A DNA stretch of 64,000 bases from Narcine bancroftii. Lineage: Eukaryota. Under the pieces are notes generated by a model. It made no database searches. It saw only the letters and a list, made by a program, of their open reading frames with translations, and had not been told where the DNA came from. The stretch lies in NCBI RefSeq assembly GCF_036971445.1, contig NC_091478.1:103044001-103108000 (forward strand), in the 5' to 3' direction. A program made the translations under genes and the position numbers. The first letter of the stretch is position 1. Every line of letters starts with the position of its first letter. Shown here piece after piece: positions 1 through 13,816 of this stretch.

Positions 1-3000
1 GGAATTTAAAGGCAGATCACATTTGGAAGATTAGTCTGTCTCTGACTGCCTCGTTAAATCGTTTAGTCTTGCCCTATCAGATATATTCCATTTTTTTTGT
101 TTTTTTTAATACCTTTTAAAAATTTCGTTCACAACATGGTCCTACTTCTGTAACTGAAACTGTTCTGATGAAAGGTTTTGCACATAGAAGGTAACTGTTT
201 CTTCATCAGATGCTCCCTGACGTGCTGATTGTTTCCAGCCGTTTCCGTTTTCAGTTCAGATTGACAGTACCTGCATTTTTTTCAGTTGAACATAAGTTAA
301 TGTCCATCATTGCAACAAGACTAATTCATGCAGGTTAATAGTTACTCTTGCCCAACTCAATTAAAGATCAGATTATCTCTTTAAATAAAATGAAATACCT
401 GCTCTTTTAAGACACTTGACTAATGAGCTCGATCCTCCTATTATTGCTGCAGGAGGCAGCAGGTGTAGCTTTTCTGTCATTCACTACAGCATTGGGTCTT
501 GTGTTATTCATTTACAGGAATATTTTAATCTCGTGGCCAATAGCATTGTAAAACTTGGGTTTCACAACCAGTATGTTTAAAAGTCACCACCATTTCACAT
601 GACAATGTTGTTATTTTCTACTCTATTATATCTGGCTTGTATTTTTAACAGGATAAAATGAACAAGACTTTTTTGTACCTGTATATGCAATGTAGCTGAC
701 AGACTTGAAGCAACATAATTAAACTGTGTTTAACTGTCCTCCCTGCCATAGGAAATTCTTATCTGAGGATCCAAGCATTAATGCAGCTTCCAGTTTTATT
801 AAAGTAGATCGCAATTATTCAAAAAATTTTCACCCACAATATTAATGCAAAGCACAACTTTGAAGACATAATTACATTTGGTATGTCTAATCATCCATGC
901 TTAAAGAAATGCTTCTATCTGATGCAAGTCAAGGGTGAGATACCTGTAAGTTAATGCCATCAAAGTTCATGTGCATTTGTGGAGAATATGAAGGTTGGAT
1001 AGTATGGGAAGCTTGGGTGTTCTAAATTTAGTCTTGCAGTGTATTATCATATTTAGCACCTGTTTGAATGTCATGAGGTCCTTTCAAGCCTTGCTCAAAT
1101 AATATGTATCACAATGTGCTCGCTGGATTGCTGATGGATATTTCTGATACTAATTGTAGAAGAAACCTGTTACGCTTGTTAAATCTTGTAACTAAATATT
1201 TTTTCGCCAGAATTCCAGGAAAGAGTATTTAATCTTCCAGATGTACACATGTGTATCCTACACCCTTAGATGGATGCTTCTTTCCCATTTAGAATCCTTT
1301 GAAAAGTGATATTTTCTGGTACTACCAACAAACTTAGAGCCTGAGTATAACCAGGAGCACTTCTGGAAAAGAGCATCTGCCTGAATTGATAGCTATGAAT
1401 TAGTAAAAGTCTATTTTTTCATCAGGATTGGTGAAACAAATTACCATAAAAGTATTGAATTCCCTTGGTTCAATCAGTTGAGAAGGAATCAATAAACACA
1501 ATGAAGTCGGGGATCCATTTGTGAGCTATAAAACTGGTTTCTCAGTGGAGCTGTGGTTCCATGTATTTGGTTGCCATGTCTCAATTTAAGGATTAAATTT
1601 GTTTATGTAAACACTGTCCATAAATAACGTAGCTCGACTTTGAAGGCACTTCAAAAGCCATGAGGCGTAGGAAACCTGCCAAGGGGCCATTTTGAAGTTA
1701 TATTTATGAAAGTAATGGGACGTGGAGAGTAGAGCAGTGATGGGGGAAATGATACTTAGAATTGGCCATTTACCTCTGTGGGCTAGAAGCCAGTAGCCAG
1801 GTCAATCTTGGATTACGGTCCAAATCATATTTCAAGTGGGAATGTCAGCTTAATTTTGGAAGCTTCGTCTCTTAGTTTCGTTGAAACTGTGATGATGTGC
1901 TGGCTTTCTATATTGCACTTATCCTATAATATTTTCCTTTCTGAATTTTGCTTTTTTCTCACATCATGAAGCTGTATCCGATTGATGTGAGTGCCACTTG
2001 TTACGCTAGCAAAGCATTCACACTTGGATCAAAAACCATGTAGCCCATGGTCACCATGTAGTTGTCCTACACTGCTGTGTCTCATTGTAGAGTGCATCAC
2101 TGATTGAGCTTGCCCATTTAAAATGTTAATGTTTGCTTGTGTAGCAAGGATCTTTTGATGCCCAAAACATTTTCTAAAACCACTTCCATTCTCTTGTGTC
2201 CAATTGGTGTTTTGGTTCTTCTAGACAGAACTTAGTGAAATACCCATGTCCAAGATCCAAGACCTCTGTTCATCTACTTTTTAGAGTTATGCCGCAATCA
2301 TTTAACTCTGTGTGAGAGTAATCTGTTCATCCACCTCTAATGTGTCAGTGCATCGTTCCAATGACCCTAATGATACTTTGCCTTAATTACTATCAGTGCC
2401 AGTGTTAAATGTGTAGCCACTAGTGTTAATTTTGTATAATGTGGCTGAAAATGAAGATAGCAGTCAGACTTTGATTTTCTCCCCCAGTCCAGTAATGTCT
2501 CTTTCAGCCATAATTGGTTGAAACTCCAATGCAACTAGAGAGAAATTGTTTGTTTTCCAAGTTTAGGCACATTGATCAATTACCACTCTTTGTTGCTATA
2601 GAAGCCTCATTATAATTAACAGGTAGTTCAACACAAAATACTTGGATTCATTGGTGGGGCAGACTTGATGAACTGAATCACCTATATCTGCTCCTATGTC
2701 TTATTTCATTTTATTTGACCTCTGCATTATTAGATTCCAAGACCTAATAAAAGGACTATAACTTGGCATTGTCACCTGGATTAGTCCTCACTAATATTCA
2801 CCCATTATTGAAATGGATCACTCCTATGTTAAGTTTAATGAATAGAAGAGAGATTATATGGTGTTTATTTTTTCATATTTTTGTAGCGGTCTTGCAAAAA
2901 CCATGATGGTTAAAGTAAATAGTAGTATATACTTAGTAAATGCAGCTCATTTTACTTTGTGCATTCTGTATGTATTAAGTGCCCTGTGACTACTTTTGGG

Positions 3001-6000
3001 GAGAATGTATTAGGATTCCTTGCTTGAAGGCCCTTTTTCTTTAAATGGGCAACTAAAGTGAGCTATCCTATTGACATTGACTTTCACTGTGATATTTATT
3101 TCAGGTTGATAAGTAGCTTGCTGCATGAAATTACCTTAACTTATTAACAACAAATCACTATTTCAACTTGTAACAGCCTCTGTATTGGTCCCATTCACAA
3201 TCTCTTTCTACTTGTGACAGGGCATTGAGCCAGTTCACTGTTCTTTGATGAATGGAGGTAAATGTGGTTATGTTGTAAAAAAAAATTAAACCAATCATTT
3301 GTTTAACATTTGTTAAGTTTCAAATTATGTGGCATTATAATTCTAATATTCTTTGGTTTGCTGTTTGCAGCCCAGATGCTCCAGTTGAAATGGCTTGGTA
3401 GTTAATCTTCAGATACTAACGTGTGCAACCTGGTCAAGGTTGTGGAAAGTTACTGGCATCTGTGTAATAGGGTTGATGTTCTCTGGAAGGGAAAGAGTAG
3501 TATTAGCATAAAGAACATCAGGTCATTTTTTGAATTAATTTTATCTTTAATTTGACACATCCTGGGAAAAAAAAGCATAGCTCATAACATCTGCCTGAAT
3601 TGGCCTTCAGCATAACACAAAAGGGTTGATGTGACTGAGACATTTCATGGATTAAAAACCTGCTCAATGCAGCAGTTAAATACACATTTCGATAACATCT
3701 ATTTATTTGAAAATGTAAAGAATTACAGTATTATCTTATGTATAACAACAGAAAATTGTATTAATGCATGTGAAGTCATGAAGATTTGTATATATATTTT
3801 ATTTTGTCATTGTGCGTGAGAATTTCTTTAGGTTTTGCTAGAATAATGTTAAAATGTCACAAGATTTGTACTCCAGTTAGCTGAAATTTTGCACATTAAA
3901 TTATTTGCTGGTGTATAATGTTAGTGACTATTTTGTTAAACACATGCTGGTTAGAATTTTGCAAAGTTGCACAAAATAAATTTCAATTTCTTCAATATGA
4001 ACAATGTCATTATTTGGTTAGTTTGTCTTCACATATTAAAGTGTATTTGGCAAATTGTTTCAATAATTGAATCCAGTGTCAATTACTTGCTTTCTGAAGG
4101 GAGCAAATAACTGCACATTTTGGTTAAATCCATGCAGTTTTCTGTGAACAATACTCACCGGTGAGCTGATAGAGATAATATGAGGTGTTGATTGTAATTT
4201 TTTTCTCATGGTGTATATCAAGAGCAAGAAGCGAGATCTAAGAGACTTAAAGGGCAACTTGGGTAAGTTTTGGTTTCGAGTGGTTAAAATTGGTGTTTGC
4301 TAGAGGAGATGAAATAATCCACTATAAATACTGCACGAGCAGTTAGAAAATAAAGGGAAGGTATAGAAGTATATTAATGCAGGCAAATGGGATTAATGTA
4401 AGGGAGGTGTGCTGAAGGGGCTGTTTCTACACAACTCTTGATTAGAAACACCAAATTTGCTGTAAGGCCTTTTGGCTGTTACCAAAAAAAATGGTCTTTG
4501 TCGATAGGTTGCGTGTGTTAATAAAATAAAACTAGAAAATGCCATCTGACTAGATTTTAAATACCTTTTTCTACATTTCCCCAATGACATTTGCTCTTTT
4601 CACTGAGATTTACACTTGTGCTCGAAGGTTGGGGAAAAAAAAACATGGCTCATAACATCTGCCTGAATTGGCCTTCAACTTTACACAAAAGAGTTTATAT
4701 GGACTGAGACATTGATTAAAAAGATTATGAAAATCTTTATGCAAAGTCAGCCAGAAGATTTATTTTTGAGGGATTCTACAGGTATCTCTTGCCAATATTC
4801 TTGAGGTGAAAAATTCCTTCAGACTGTGGTTCCACTTCAATCCTTCACAAGACCCTTGACACAAAATTTGGAAGTTGAGGTGCACAGGTCAGGGAGCATC
4901 CGTGGAGAGTAAAAAGTGTTTGTTTCAGGTAAATGGCTTTTAATCATCAATTTTACAATTTGTGAAGGAAACTTTTTAATAATACATATCTTACTCCAAT
5001 GTCTGGATTCCCTTCAATACATTTATAATTGTGAAGCTCACTGAAGTTACTTTTATGGTAGTAAATGTTTAAAAGTCATATCAAGACTGATGACCTTCTG
5101 AGTATGTTAAACAATCGGTGGGTGCCAGTTTTGGAGCAATAACTTTCATAAAGCAAAACTTGAGGGCTGTGAAATAATGAGAAAAGTTGACACATCCATG
5201 TTAGATAAGAGGACGGATAACTAAAAGCTTGGTCATAAAAATTATTTGTTTTTTTCCCTTCTGAGGAATGGTAAGATGCAAGAATGATAAAACATTGATA
5301 ACAGTACTTGTAAGGAGACTGGCCTAAAAGGAAGCCTCAAGGCAACAAAACCTAGGAAACTCCATCTACTGTTAGAAGAATATGTTTACAGACATGGTTT
5401 GCAGAACAATGCCACCCAATTATGGAGTACATTGACTTTGGGAAATTGGAAATATAAATACGCTAGTCCAGATTTTGAACACAAAATGAGAGCAAAACTA
5501 TTATCATTTGACATCATTATAATCAACTTTACTATTCCTACATATGCTTGTTAAAATGAGTTGGCACCTTAAAATACTACTCCACAGGCTGCAATTATGG
5601 AAAATTGGTGATTAATAAGATACTAAGATAGTTATTTAGATACCATTGCTATTGAAAATTTTTTTAAAGGCCATAGTGGCTAAGCTTTTTGGTCAAAATA
5701 AATTGTTAAACTTTGGTGTTTGGTTTGTAATTCCCAATAATTTCAAAACAATTGTAAATGTTTGTTTTGTAAACATCTACTTTATTTCACAATATATTTC
5801 ACAGACTGCAAAATTGTAATTTTTTTTTCTGGCTTTCCCTCAGATTTGACTGCTGATGCAGCTTGATGATATAGTGGCTGCTCAATGCTAAGTATTAATT
5901 TGAATAGCAAGAGAAAGAGAAGTCCATCACACCGATGGTGGGATCATTAAGTACGCACCATGGAATAAATACAGGAAGTGCCAAAAACACTGCAGATCTG

Positions 6001-7311
6001 AAAGGAAGAGGGGGAGGAGTTAATTAAAGGCCATGGAAATAGAGTCATAACACTGGACGAGGGACAAATCAGGAAATTAAAGGTGAGGGTGACAGGTAAT
6101 GTAACAATTAAGGGAGAATTCAACCTCCAGGATCATGTATTTTTTTCTTGATAAGTTAGAAGATTAATTTGTAGAATATATTTTCTAGATCTAGGTGCTG
6201 TTTTTAAAAAAAATCACCATCTGTTAATGGTTCGCTTCACAGATGCTGCTTGAGTTGCTGAGTATTCCATCATTTTCAATTTTTATTTCTGATTTCAAGC
6301 ATTACCGTGATGTCATTAATTATAAAACCCAAGCCATCAAAGAAGCTGTTGAAGGCAATTAGGGCCTCTGTGTCAGGATTGACATTTTGTGGTTGGGGGA
6401 GGCGGGAAAACAGATGTTCATTCACATTAAGCAAATATTCTCCCTATCTCACTCTTCATCTTGTAACTGCTAAAGCTTGTGTAGGAATATAGATGCACCG
6501 CTGCCTTGTAGCTTATTCCACCATTATACCAAATGGATCCTCATTCTGCTGCTGTGAACCATTAATATCCATCTAATCTTGTATGAATCTCAGCTTTGTA
6601 ATTCTAAAGTGATGTGCCATGAGCAACTTTTTGGAGCATTTCAAACAGTATGGAGAAAGGCTTCCTGCTAGTCTTTTCAGGGATACTAATACTGAGATTT
6701 TGTCCCATTATTCTGGATTCTTCCAGGTAAACAAAATTTCCTTCTCAGCCCCTTTTTACCAACTGCTTTGCATCAAGATTTGGGGTGGCTAATATCTATC
6801 ATTTCTTCTGCTCTCTTGAGATAAATGGCAATCTGTTCTGGAGAACAGAACATCTGTGAAAGGGTCAATTGAATCTGAAGGGAGATGAGAAGAATTTCAA
6901 TCAGGCTCGGACTATAAAAAAGTGAAATTTTAAAGATTCAGTTCACATCAGGCTGAAATAAAATTGCAGCAAGGACCCGTATGCATTACCAAAATCATAA
7001 TTTCAGCAATATTTAAGGTCTACAAATGAAATGTAACTGGGTTAACTTTTACAGAATTATTTATAGGAAGATTTATAACACAGGGAGATTGTACCTTGCC
7101 CAAATATATCCTTGCTGCTCTCTAATTACATTGTCATTATTGCCAGGCTGCTAATTTTCTGTAGCCAGAGACTTAGTCACACCATTACACACCCTGAAGT
7201 TTTGGTCATGCATTGGTTACTCAGTTCCAGGAAAGGGGAAGGGCTACAAAAGATCTCAGTAACTAGGGGACCTATGACAGAAAGGCAAGGAGAAGTAAAT
7301 ACTGTATAAAA

Positions 7312-8253
7312 CTATAACAGTCTCTGTGCCAATATAGAGATTGCTACTGAGGGTGGTGGTGGGCCTGGCTGAGGGAGCACAGGGAGAATATTCTGCTGCC
7401 CTGTGACTTTTTCTTGTCTTCTACTTGCCCCTTTATCAGTTGAGCCACAATGAAAGAAAGCAAATTTCCTTGTGCTATCTTGCTTTATGTTTGTTTTGTG
7501 ATGCTTTATTATTTTTGATGGCTGTACTCCTAAACTGTGGTATTCCATTAGTTTGGAGGCTGGGGCATTACTGATTGCCAAATTGTTATTGTCTTGCATT
7601 AAAGAATATTGCCAATACCAATGATTCATGATCCTTGTAATTCCAATAGGAGTAGAAACTGCTGTCTTTCCTATCTCACTGACCTGTAGCATAGCCATAT
7701 TACAAAGATGGGTCCTAAGGCAGCTGTTGTTATTATTTTCCTCACTCACCATCTTCAGATTCCTATTTTGAGTATCAAAATTGAAATTTGTTCCCGTTTT
7801 GACACCCGAAGCAGACATTTCACCACCACTGGCTATTTTTACAGGTGGAAGTAGAGAGAAATGCTTCCTAACAGGCACCTTTTTACTGGTGCTGAGGATA
7901 ATTTCATACTCTTTTTCTCTGTGTGGATTCATTTCAGGCTTGGCCTTGTCTTCGATATTAATTTCTTTACACGCTTCATTTTCTTGAGCCTGTGCAATTG
8001 TCGATTTATCTGCATGCATTTTGGTTTGTGAAATCGCAGGAGGAGTTCTCTCTGAAGAAGAGTTCAAATTATGCATCAGCGTGGTGCTCAATGATTTGGA
8101 CTGTTCAATATCTTGGCCAGTTCTACGTTCTATGAGAGGCGCCATCTCTGCACAGACCACACATTGGTTGTCATTTTTCTCTTTTCTTGATTTCTTTGTT
8201 CTTTTCCATGCAGGAATGAAGGAATGGAAGTTATCTGTCCTCCAGCCATGCAC
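7312..8253 (-). CDS. C16orf46-like protein (DUF4529-type), last coding exon
   Basis: 313-codon open frame preceded on the minus strand by a splice acceptor (ttttttcAG ending at 8254). It starts VHGWRTDNF...KRTKKSRKEKNDNQCVVC, resembling human C16orf46 VQGWGRTSP...KKARVGEGACSDCLVC (recalled). Stop TAG at 7312-7314. Confidence 0.8.
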   Translation of the reverse strand: MHGWRTDNFHSFIPAWKRTKKSRKEKNDNQCVVCAEMAPLIERRTGQDIEQSKSLSTTLMHNLNSSSERTPPAISQTKMHADKSTIAQAQENEACKEINIEDKAKPEMNPHREKEYEIILSTSKKVPVRKHFSLLPPVKIASGGEMSASGVKTGTNFNFDTQNRNLKMVSEENNNNSCLRTHLCNMAMLQVSEIGKTAVSTPIGITRIMNHWYWQYSLMQDNNNLAISNAPASKLMEYHSLGVQPSKIIKHHKTNIKQDSTRKFAFFHCGSTDKGASRRQEKVTGQQNILPVLPQPGPPPPSVAISILAQRLL

Positions 8254-9396
8254 CTGAAAAAATAAATATTTAAATTTACATTAGCTGCTTCACAGAACTA
8301 TATGTTACTCTAAGCAAATGAGCTATAAAGTAGAACGAGTGTTATTTCTTTGCGATGTGGCATGGGTAAGTAAATAAGTCATCAGGAAGCTCAAATTCAG
8401 AATTTCAATTAAAGCATCACCCTCTCTGGTGTCTGGTCCAATTCGCTGCAAGCTCCTACGTTTTGAAATAAGCCACACCTAATTTCTCATAAACCAGGTT
8501 CTTTCCATTTTATCATCACCACTGTTTGCTTTCTGTATCAGTTATTTATACAGCATTTATTACATCATGGCAGAATGTTAGAAAGCACACTGAATCAGGA
8601 TAGAATCCCTTGATTTGAGTTGATTTGTAGGCACCCTTTAAGGTGTGTTTTCCCGTTAACTCAAGGTTTAGTTGGTGAATATTGGAAACTATGTCAATTC
8701 CACATTAGAGCCATTAATTAATTCCTACTAGAATGGACTAGAATTGGAATGGGTGTCTTTAGGTTAGAGCTGTATAGTTTTCAATTCTGATCACAATCCA
8801 AGGATGGGGTTTAGCTGTGATCTCACAAACAATTTCAAAATGAATATTGATTATAATGAAGATTTTGTGTTGCAATGATATTTTTGGACTGCGTCAACTT
8901 CCTGGCTTTAATTCTTAAAACATTTACCCTCAACACAATTCCTATCTCCAAGCACATGGGGACCTTGTGAATCTTGAATCATCTGATGACCCACACAGAA
9001 AGTATTGATCAACTGATGCTGAAATAAGGTAAATGGAACTTTTTCTGTCTTTAATCAAAGGCCTGTTGGACTGGGCTTTGATCCCCTTGCTTTTCTATCT
9101 CTTGGAAGCCACTTCCTCTGCTCTTCTCGGCACAGCAGACCAGACCACAGACATAATAATTTTTAAACCTGTCTCCATCTCACCTGCTTTGTTTGCCAAA
9201 TAACTTAAATAAGCAGAAGCAAAATGCAAGTTCTTTTGGATGGACTGAATAAAAGTCAACAAAAAATTCACTCAAAAGAAGGCTCTTAGACATTAAAACA
9301 ATTTGTATTTTCCTATATTTTAAAACTTTTGTTCCTAACAGAAAAGTTTATATGCATATATAAACTATTTGTCAAAAATGTATAATCAGTGTATAA

Positions 9397-9588
9397 CAGG
9401 GGTAGCCAACCTTTTAATTTTTAATCTTTAATTTAGACATACAGCACAGTGACAGGCCATTTCAGGCCATGTGTATGAACCAGGTGTGTAGGTTAATTGG
9501 GCACCACGGACACATAGGCTGAAATGGCCTGTTACTGTGCTGGATGTCTAAATTAAAAAATGTAAAATTAAAAGGTTGGCCACCCTTA
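9397..9588. mobile_element. hAT (Charlie-like) MITE, nearly fully palindromic
   Basis: TIRs CAGGGGTAGCCAACCTTTTAATTT / AAATTAAAAGGTTGGCCACCCTTA and an 8-bp TSD GTGTATAA (9389-9396, 9589-9596). Confidence 0.8.
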
Positions 9589-11140
9589 GTGTATAACATA
9601 TGCATTCAAAGTACAGTAATATTTATGTAAAAGGTGTATAATGATAAGCCAACAAACTACAATTTTCTGCAATGTGTTAAATGGTTGATATCGTTTGTAA
9701 TAAAATAAAATACTGGAAACACTTGACAGTTTAGTCAGTATCTGGAAAAAGAAGTAGTGCATGTTTCAGGTCTGAGACTTCATCAGAACTGAGAAAGAGA
9801 GAAAGCTTCAAGCATTTGGGAGCAATACCATTATATTTCCATCGGCACTGAAGTAATGAAGTAAAAGTGATATTTCTCAAGTGCTCATGGGTATCTATAT
9901 CTCTTCCATAGTTCTGATGAAGGGTCCTAGCTAGCCCTGAATCATTTACTGTTTCTCCTCATCTGTTTTGTGCAATTCAAATGCGTTAGACTTTCTCCTG
10001 GATTTCATCTTATCTCATTCAACTCTGGGGCATTTGGGAGGCAACACCATTTTTATTTCCCTAAGTTCTGAAAGGGTTTTGAATTAATGATAAAAATGGC
10101 ACAGTGAAGCTGAGACTGAATTTCGCACTAAAATCTTATTACCTTTATAAAACACCAAACTGTGCTCCTGTGACTTAGACCATTGAGTTAAACTGGGACT
10201 CACCATCATCAAATGTAACTGTAGATGTTATAAGTTATTTTGATAAATTCATATAAGAAAAAGATATTTGCAGACTATACAGGTATGAGAGAAAAACTTT
10301 TGCAAGTCATTTATATCTTATAGAATTTTGCTCAGAAAGGATATAAAAAAATTGTAAAGCCAAAATTAGCAGACGAAATTATGATCAAAATCAAACATGA
10401 TCTCTGGATGGTTTGAAAGTATAATTTCTTCTTTTGAATACTTAAGAGATCGTCTGATACTATTTCAAAGGAGTCTCCTGGTCTACATTTATAAATTGGA
10501 CAACATCACTAAAGGCAGGCAATCTCCTTATGGAAGTTTGCGGTGTGTAAATTTGTTTATTTTCTATGTTAGCATAAGTGATTGCTTTTCAAAAAGTACT
10601 AAATTAAGGTTATGAAAATACTCTTTACATTTGCAGTAATATCTCTTGCCTTTAGGAAATTATATTGGTTGCCTCGTACAATTATTTTTTTGTAAAAACA
10701 CACTGGAGAAAGCAGGGCCCAACTGTCTTTTTTATAGCAAAGGTATAAATACACAACCGATGTTTTGGGCTTGAACCCTTTATCAAGGTATTATTATTTT
10801 TTGCCGTTGCCAGAGACAAACATCCTCTCAGCATATTTGCCCAAATGTTATTTATTTAAATGAGCCCAGCTCACATTCTTAAAACTCGAGAAAATATAGG
10901 GGTCATTCATCTTTGATTTTTGTTCAATGCATCTCTTTAAAATTCTAAATTAGAAGTATACAGAAAAAATGGTGATCTTGCCGACATCAACTGATTGTAT
11001 TATAACCATTTACGGAGCGGAAACAGGCCACGTTGGCCTTACGAGTCCGCACCAGTTCACTGATTTTGTGCGCCCTCTTCAGGCAATGGTCCCAATGGGT
11101 TTGGCCCTCGAATTCCTGTTGAGAAGATTAAAACACTTAC

Positions 11141-11350
11141 TGCATCATCCCATCCACCACCAAGGCTCAAATGATCCATTGGCTGCTTTTCTTCTTCATA
11201 GGCTTCCTCGCTTAGGGTGATAAGAATGTCAATGAGTTTTCTTTCAGATTCCCATGAATGCAGGAAATGGATGGGACTCACTGCCACATCATTGTCACAC
11301 CTGGCACTACTACTTCTACTGTCAACCATATCTTCTACTCGAAATTCCAT
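11141..11350 (-). CDS. C16orf46-like protein, first coding exon (70 codons)
   Basis: ATG at 11350 (MEFRVEDMVD...), ends ...LSLGGGWDDA, followed by GTAAGT donor (11140-11135), phase 0. It joins 8253 in frame to give GGGWDDA|VHGW (human IGTGWEEAVQGW). An upstream acceptor ttttttcatttgtcAG ending at 11393 implies a further 5'UTR exon. Spliced product is 383 aa. Confidence 0.8.
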
Positions 11351-12059
11351 TTTCCAGTCAAGATTTTTAGCAGGCAAACTCCAGCTATTTATCTGACAAA
11401 TGAAAAAAAGCATGAAGTTAATGCCCCACTAAATTCAAGTTAAAGCAATATCATTAAATATTAAATAAGGCACTGCAGTTAATATTTGATGACATTGGTT
11501 CACATATTGTTACTACCAGATCAGTTGCTTCTAAAGGAAGATGTCTTCTTGAAAAAATGCCAGACTTTCGAATGCAATCATACAAAATAACGATAGTTAA
11601 ATCACACACATCGTTAACCTTCGTTCTTCCTGGTTAAAATTACGTAGGATCAAATGCTTTCAAAATCATGTATAATGTCTCTAAAATTAAATTGTCTTCA
11701 CAAATAATACATATCACTCAAATGGGCTCCTGAGTCTGCACCAATCAGCCACGACCCGTTTACATTTGGCCTATGTTAATCTTTCAGCTCCACAGAGGTG
11801 ACCACTCACTTGAACACAAGGGGCAATTTGTGGTGGTCTTCTGTGCATCTTTAGGATGTGGGTGGAAGCCCTACAGTCACAGAGAAAAAAAATGTGCATG
11901 CCACTCTGAACACCGAGCACAGTTAGAGACTGTAACTGTACTGCTTGCCAGCTATTATAACGTAAATAATATTTGTTTAAAAATAGTGAACAGTCTAATT
12001 TAAGCAAAGTTACAGGATCTCTATCACTGAGAAATTTTGAGATCAAGATGAGTAACATC

Positions 12060-12680
12060 TAGCTCACCAAGCTTCACTCTTCGAATGGAACTGATTGTGG
12101 ACATCAGGAAGGGGAAAGCAGGAGAACACAAACCAGTCCTCATCAAGGAGTCAGGAGTGGGGAGGGCTAAGAATTTCAAATTTCTGGGTGTCACCACCTC
12201 TGAAGATCTATCCTGGGGCATTCATATTGCTACAATAATGAGGTGTTTGAGAAAATTTGTGTCACCAAAGGCTCTTGCAAATTTCTACAGGTATACCGTG
12301 GAGAGCATTCTGACTGGTTGCATCACTGTCTAGTCTGGAGGTGCCAATATGCAGGACAGGAAATGTCCAGAGAGTTATTACCTCGGCCAGTGCCATCATG
12401 GGCATCAATCTTTATTAAGGTAATCTGCAAGAGATGGTGTCTAAAGAAAGGCGCCTCTATCCTCAAGGACCCTCATCACCCAGGCCGTGCCCTTTTCTCA
12501 CTGCTACCATCAGGAAGGAGGTACAGGAGTGTGAAGACTCAGCAGCACAAGGGCAGCTTCTTCCCCTTTGCCATCATATTCCTGAATGGACAATGATTTT
12601 TTTTTCTCTTACTTTGCACTAATTTATTATTTTTTAAATAGTGTAATTACAGAAATGTAGTTTATAGCTTTTGCACCTGT
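12060..12680 (+). mobile_element. Rex1/Babar-type LINE 3' fragment
   Basis: FKFLGVTTSEDLSWGIH, LANFYRYTVESILTGCITV and ILKDPHHPGRALFSLLPSGRRYRS are the RT C-terminal motifs of this clade; frameshifted. Confidence 0.8.
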
Positions 12681-13439
12681 AATGCTCAATAATGGAGCTG
12701 GAAAACAAATGTAGAGGTCAAACATAAATTTGTGGGGGAAAAAGCACATACTTATAAAGACATTTCTAGCTTCAAGGATTTTGAGGAGGGGGGTGAGAAA
12801 GCAGGCCAGAATTTATGTTAAGAGTTCAGAGATGTAGTGAACATCCTTCTTTACAAAATGCCCAGTTGTCTCAATTTGTAGTTTAACTTCAAGGATAGAC
12901 ATTAAAGAGCAGCATTTGTGCCAGATTCACAAATAGGTGTTAATTGGACTGATGTTGTGGAGTAAATGGACTTTAAAGCAACAGATGCCCAGGAAGAAAC
13001 TGATTCTGGTGCCAGCAATCTGTCTGTCTGCAGTTTGCTGTTCTAAGAGGGGTCATGTGGTTTGGCCAACAGAAAGAGAGAGGGAGAGAGAATTCAGTTC
13101 CACAGTAGCTTTTGTGAGGCTGGAACATGGCAAGCTGGCAGGCTTATTGACTGCATTCTGAAGACTGGTTGTGAGTTCTGAATTCAGCCTGTTGAAAACC
13201 CTTGTGGTCCTAACCAGAGGAAATGACTGGCTAAAGTGTTTCTCCTGAAATAGGGGAAACTAGAGGAACTCTGTGGTGACCTGGAAGAAAAGGTGATCAT
13301 CTGGGAAAACCCACGATGGGGAAAGTCTCTTCGGCAAGACACTGAAGTGGTTGGTCGGAGGAAATAAGTTTGTGTGTGGGTCCAGCAAGGCACACGTCTC
13401 TCTCTGCAACCAACAAGCGGTTACCAACTCACCTGGTGA

Positions 13440-13645
13440 AAATTCATAAACGTTCAATTCTGTGCGCAGTTGACGAATGGCCTGAACTTGGAGGAGAGAG
13501 GTTGGACGGTGACGGTGGACATGTCTGCCTGTCCCGCATCGGACTTGTCAGCCACCAACGAGCCTGCAGCTGACGTGGACATTTACCCCCCTCCATAAAT
13601 CTTCGTCCGCGAAGCCAAGCCAAAGAAGAAAAAGAAAAAGAAGAA
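13440..13645 (+). mobile_element. RTE-clade LINE, short 3' end
   Basis: VCLSRIGLVSHQRACS* followed by the same 3'UTR and AAAGAAG tail as the copies at 13817 and 22786. Left boundary approximate. Confidence 0.75.
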
Positions 13646-13816
13646 TACACAGTACATACTTAGAATTAGAAGGGGGTTAAGTTAGGCTGACAGTGATAAG
13701 TTAAAGTTTGATCCTGTTTTCATGTTTAAAGATAATTAAAAGCCACTTTTGTTTCAGTAGCCATTTGTCTTGGTGAATATCTATTGCTGCTGGGTTTTGG
13801 GGTCCTCTGGGCCTGT

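Noticed and set aside
1-4060. Assignment as the 3'UTR of RBM12B or CIBAR1 by synteny
   Set aside because: No coding sequence in the window to confirm gene identity.
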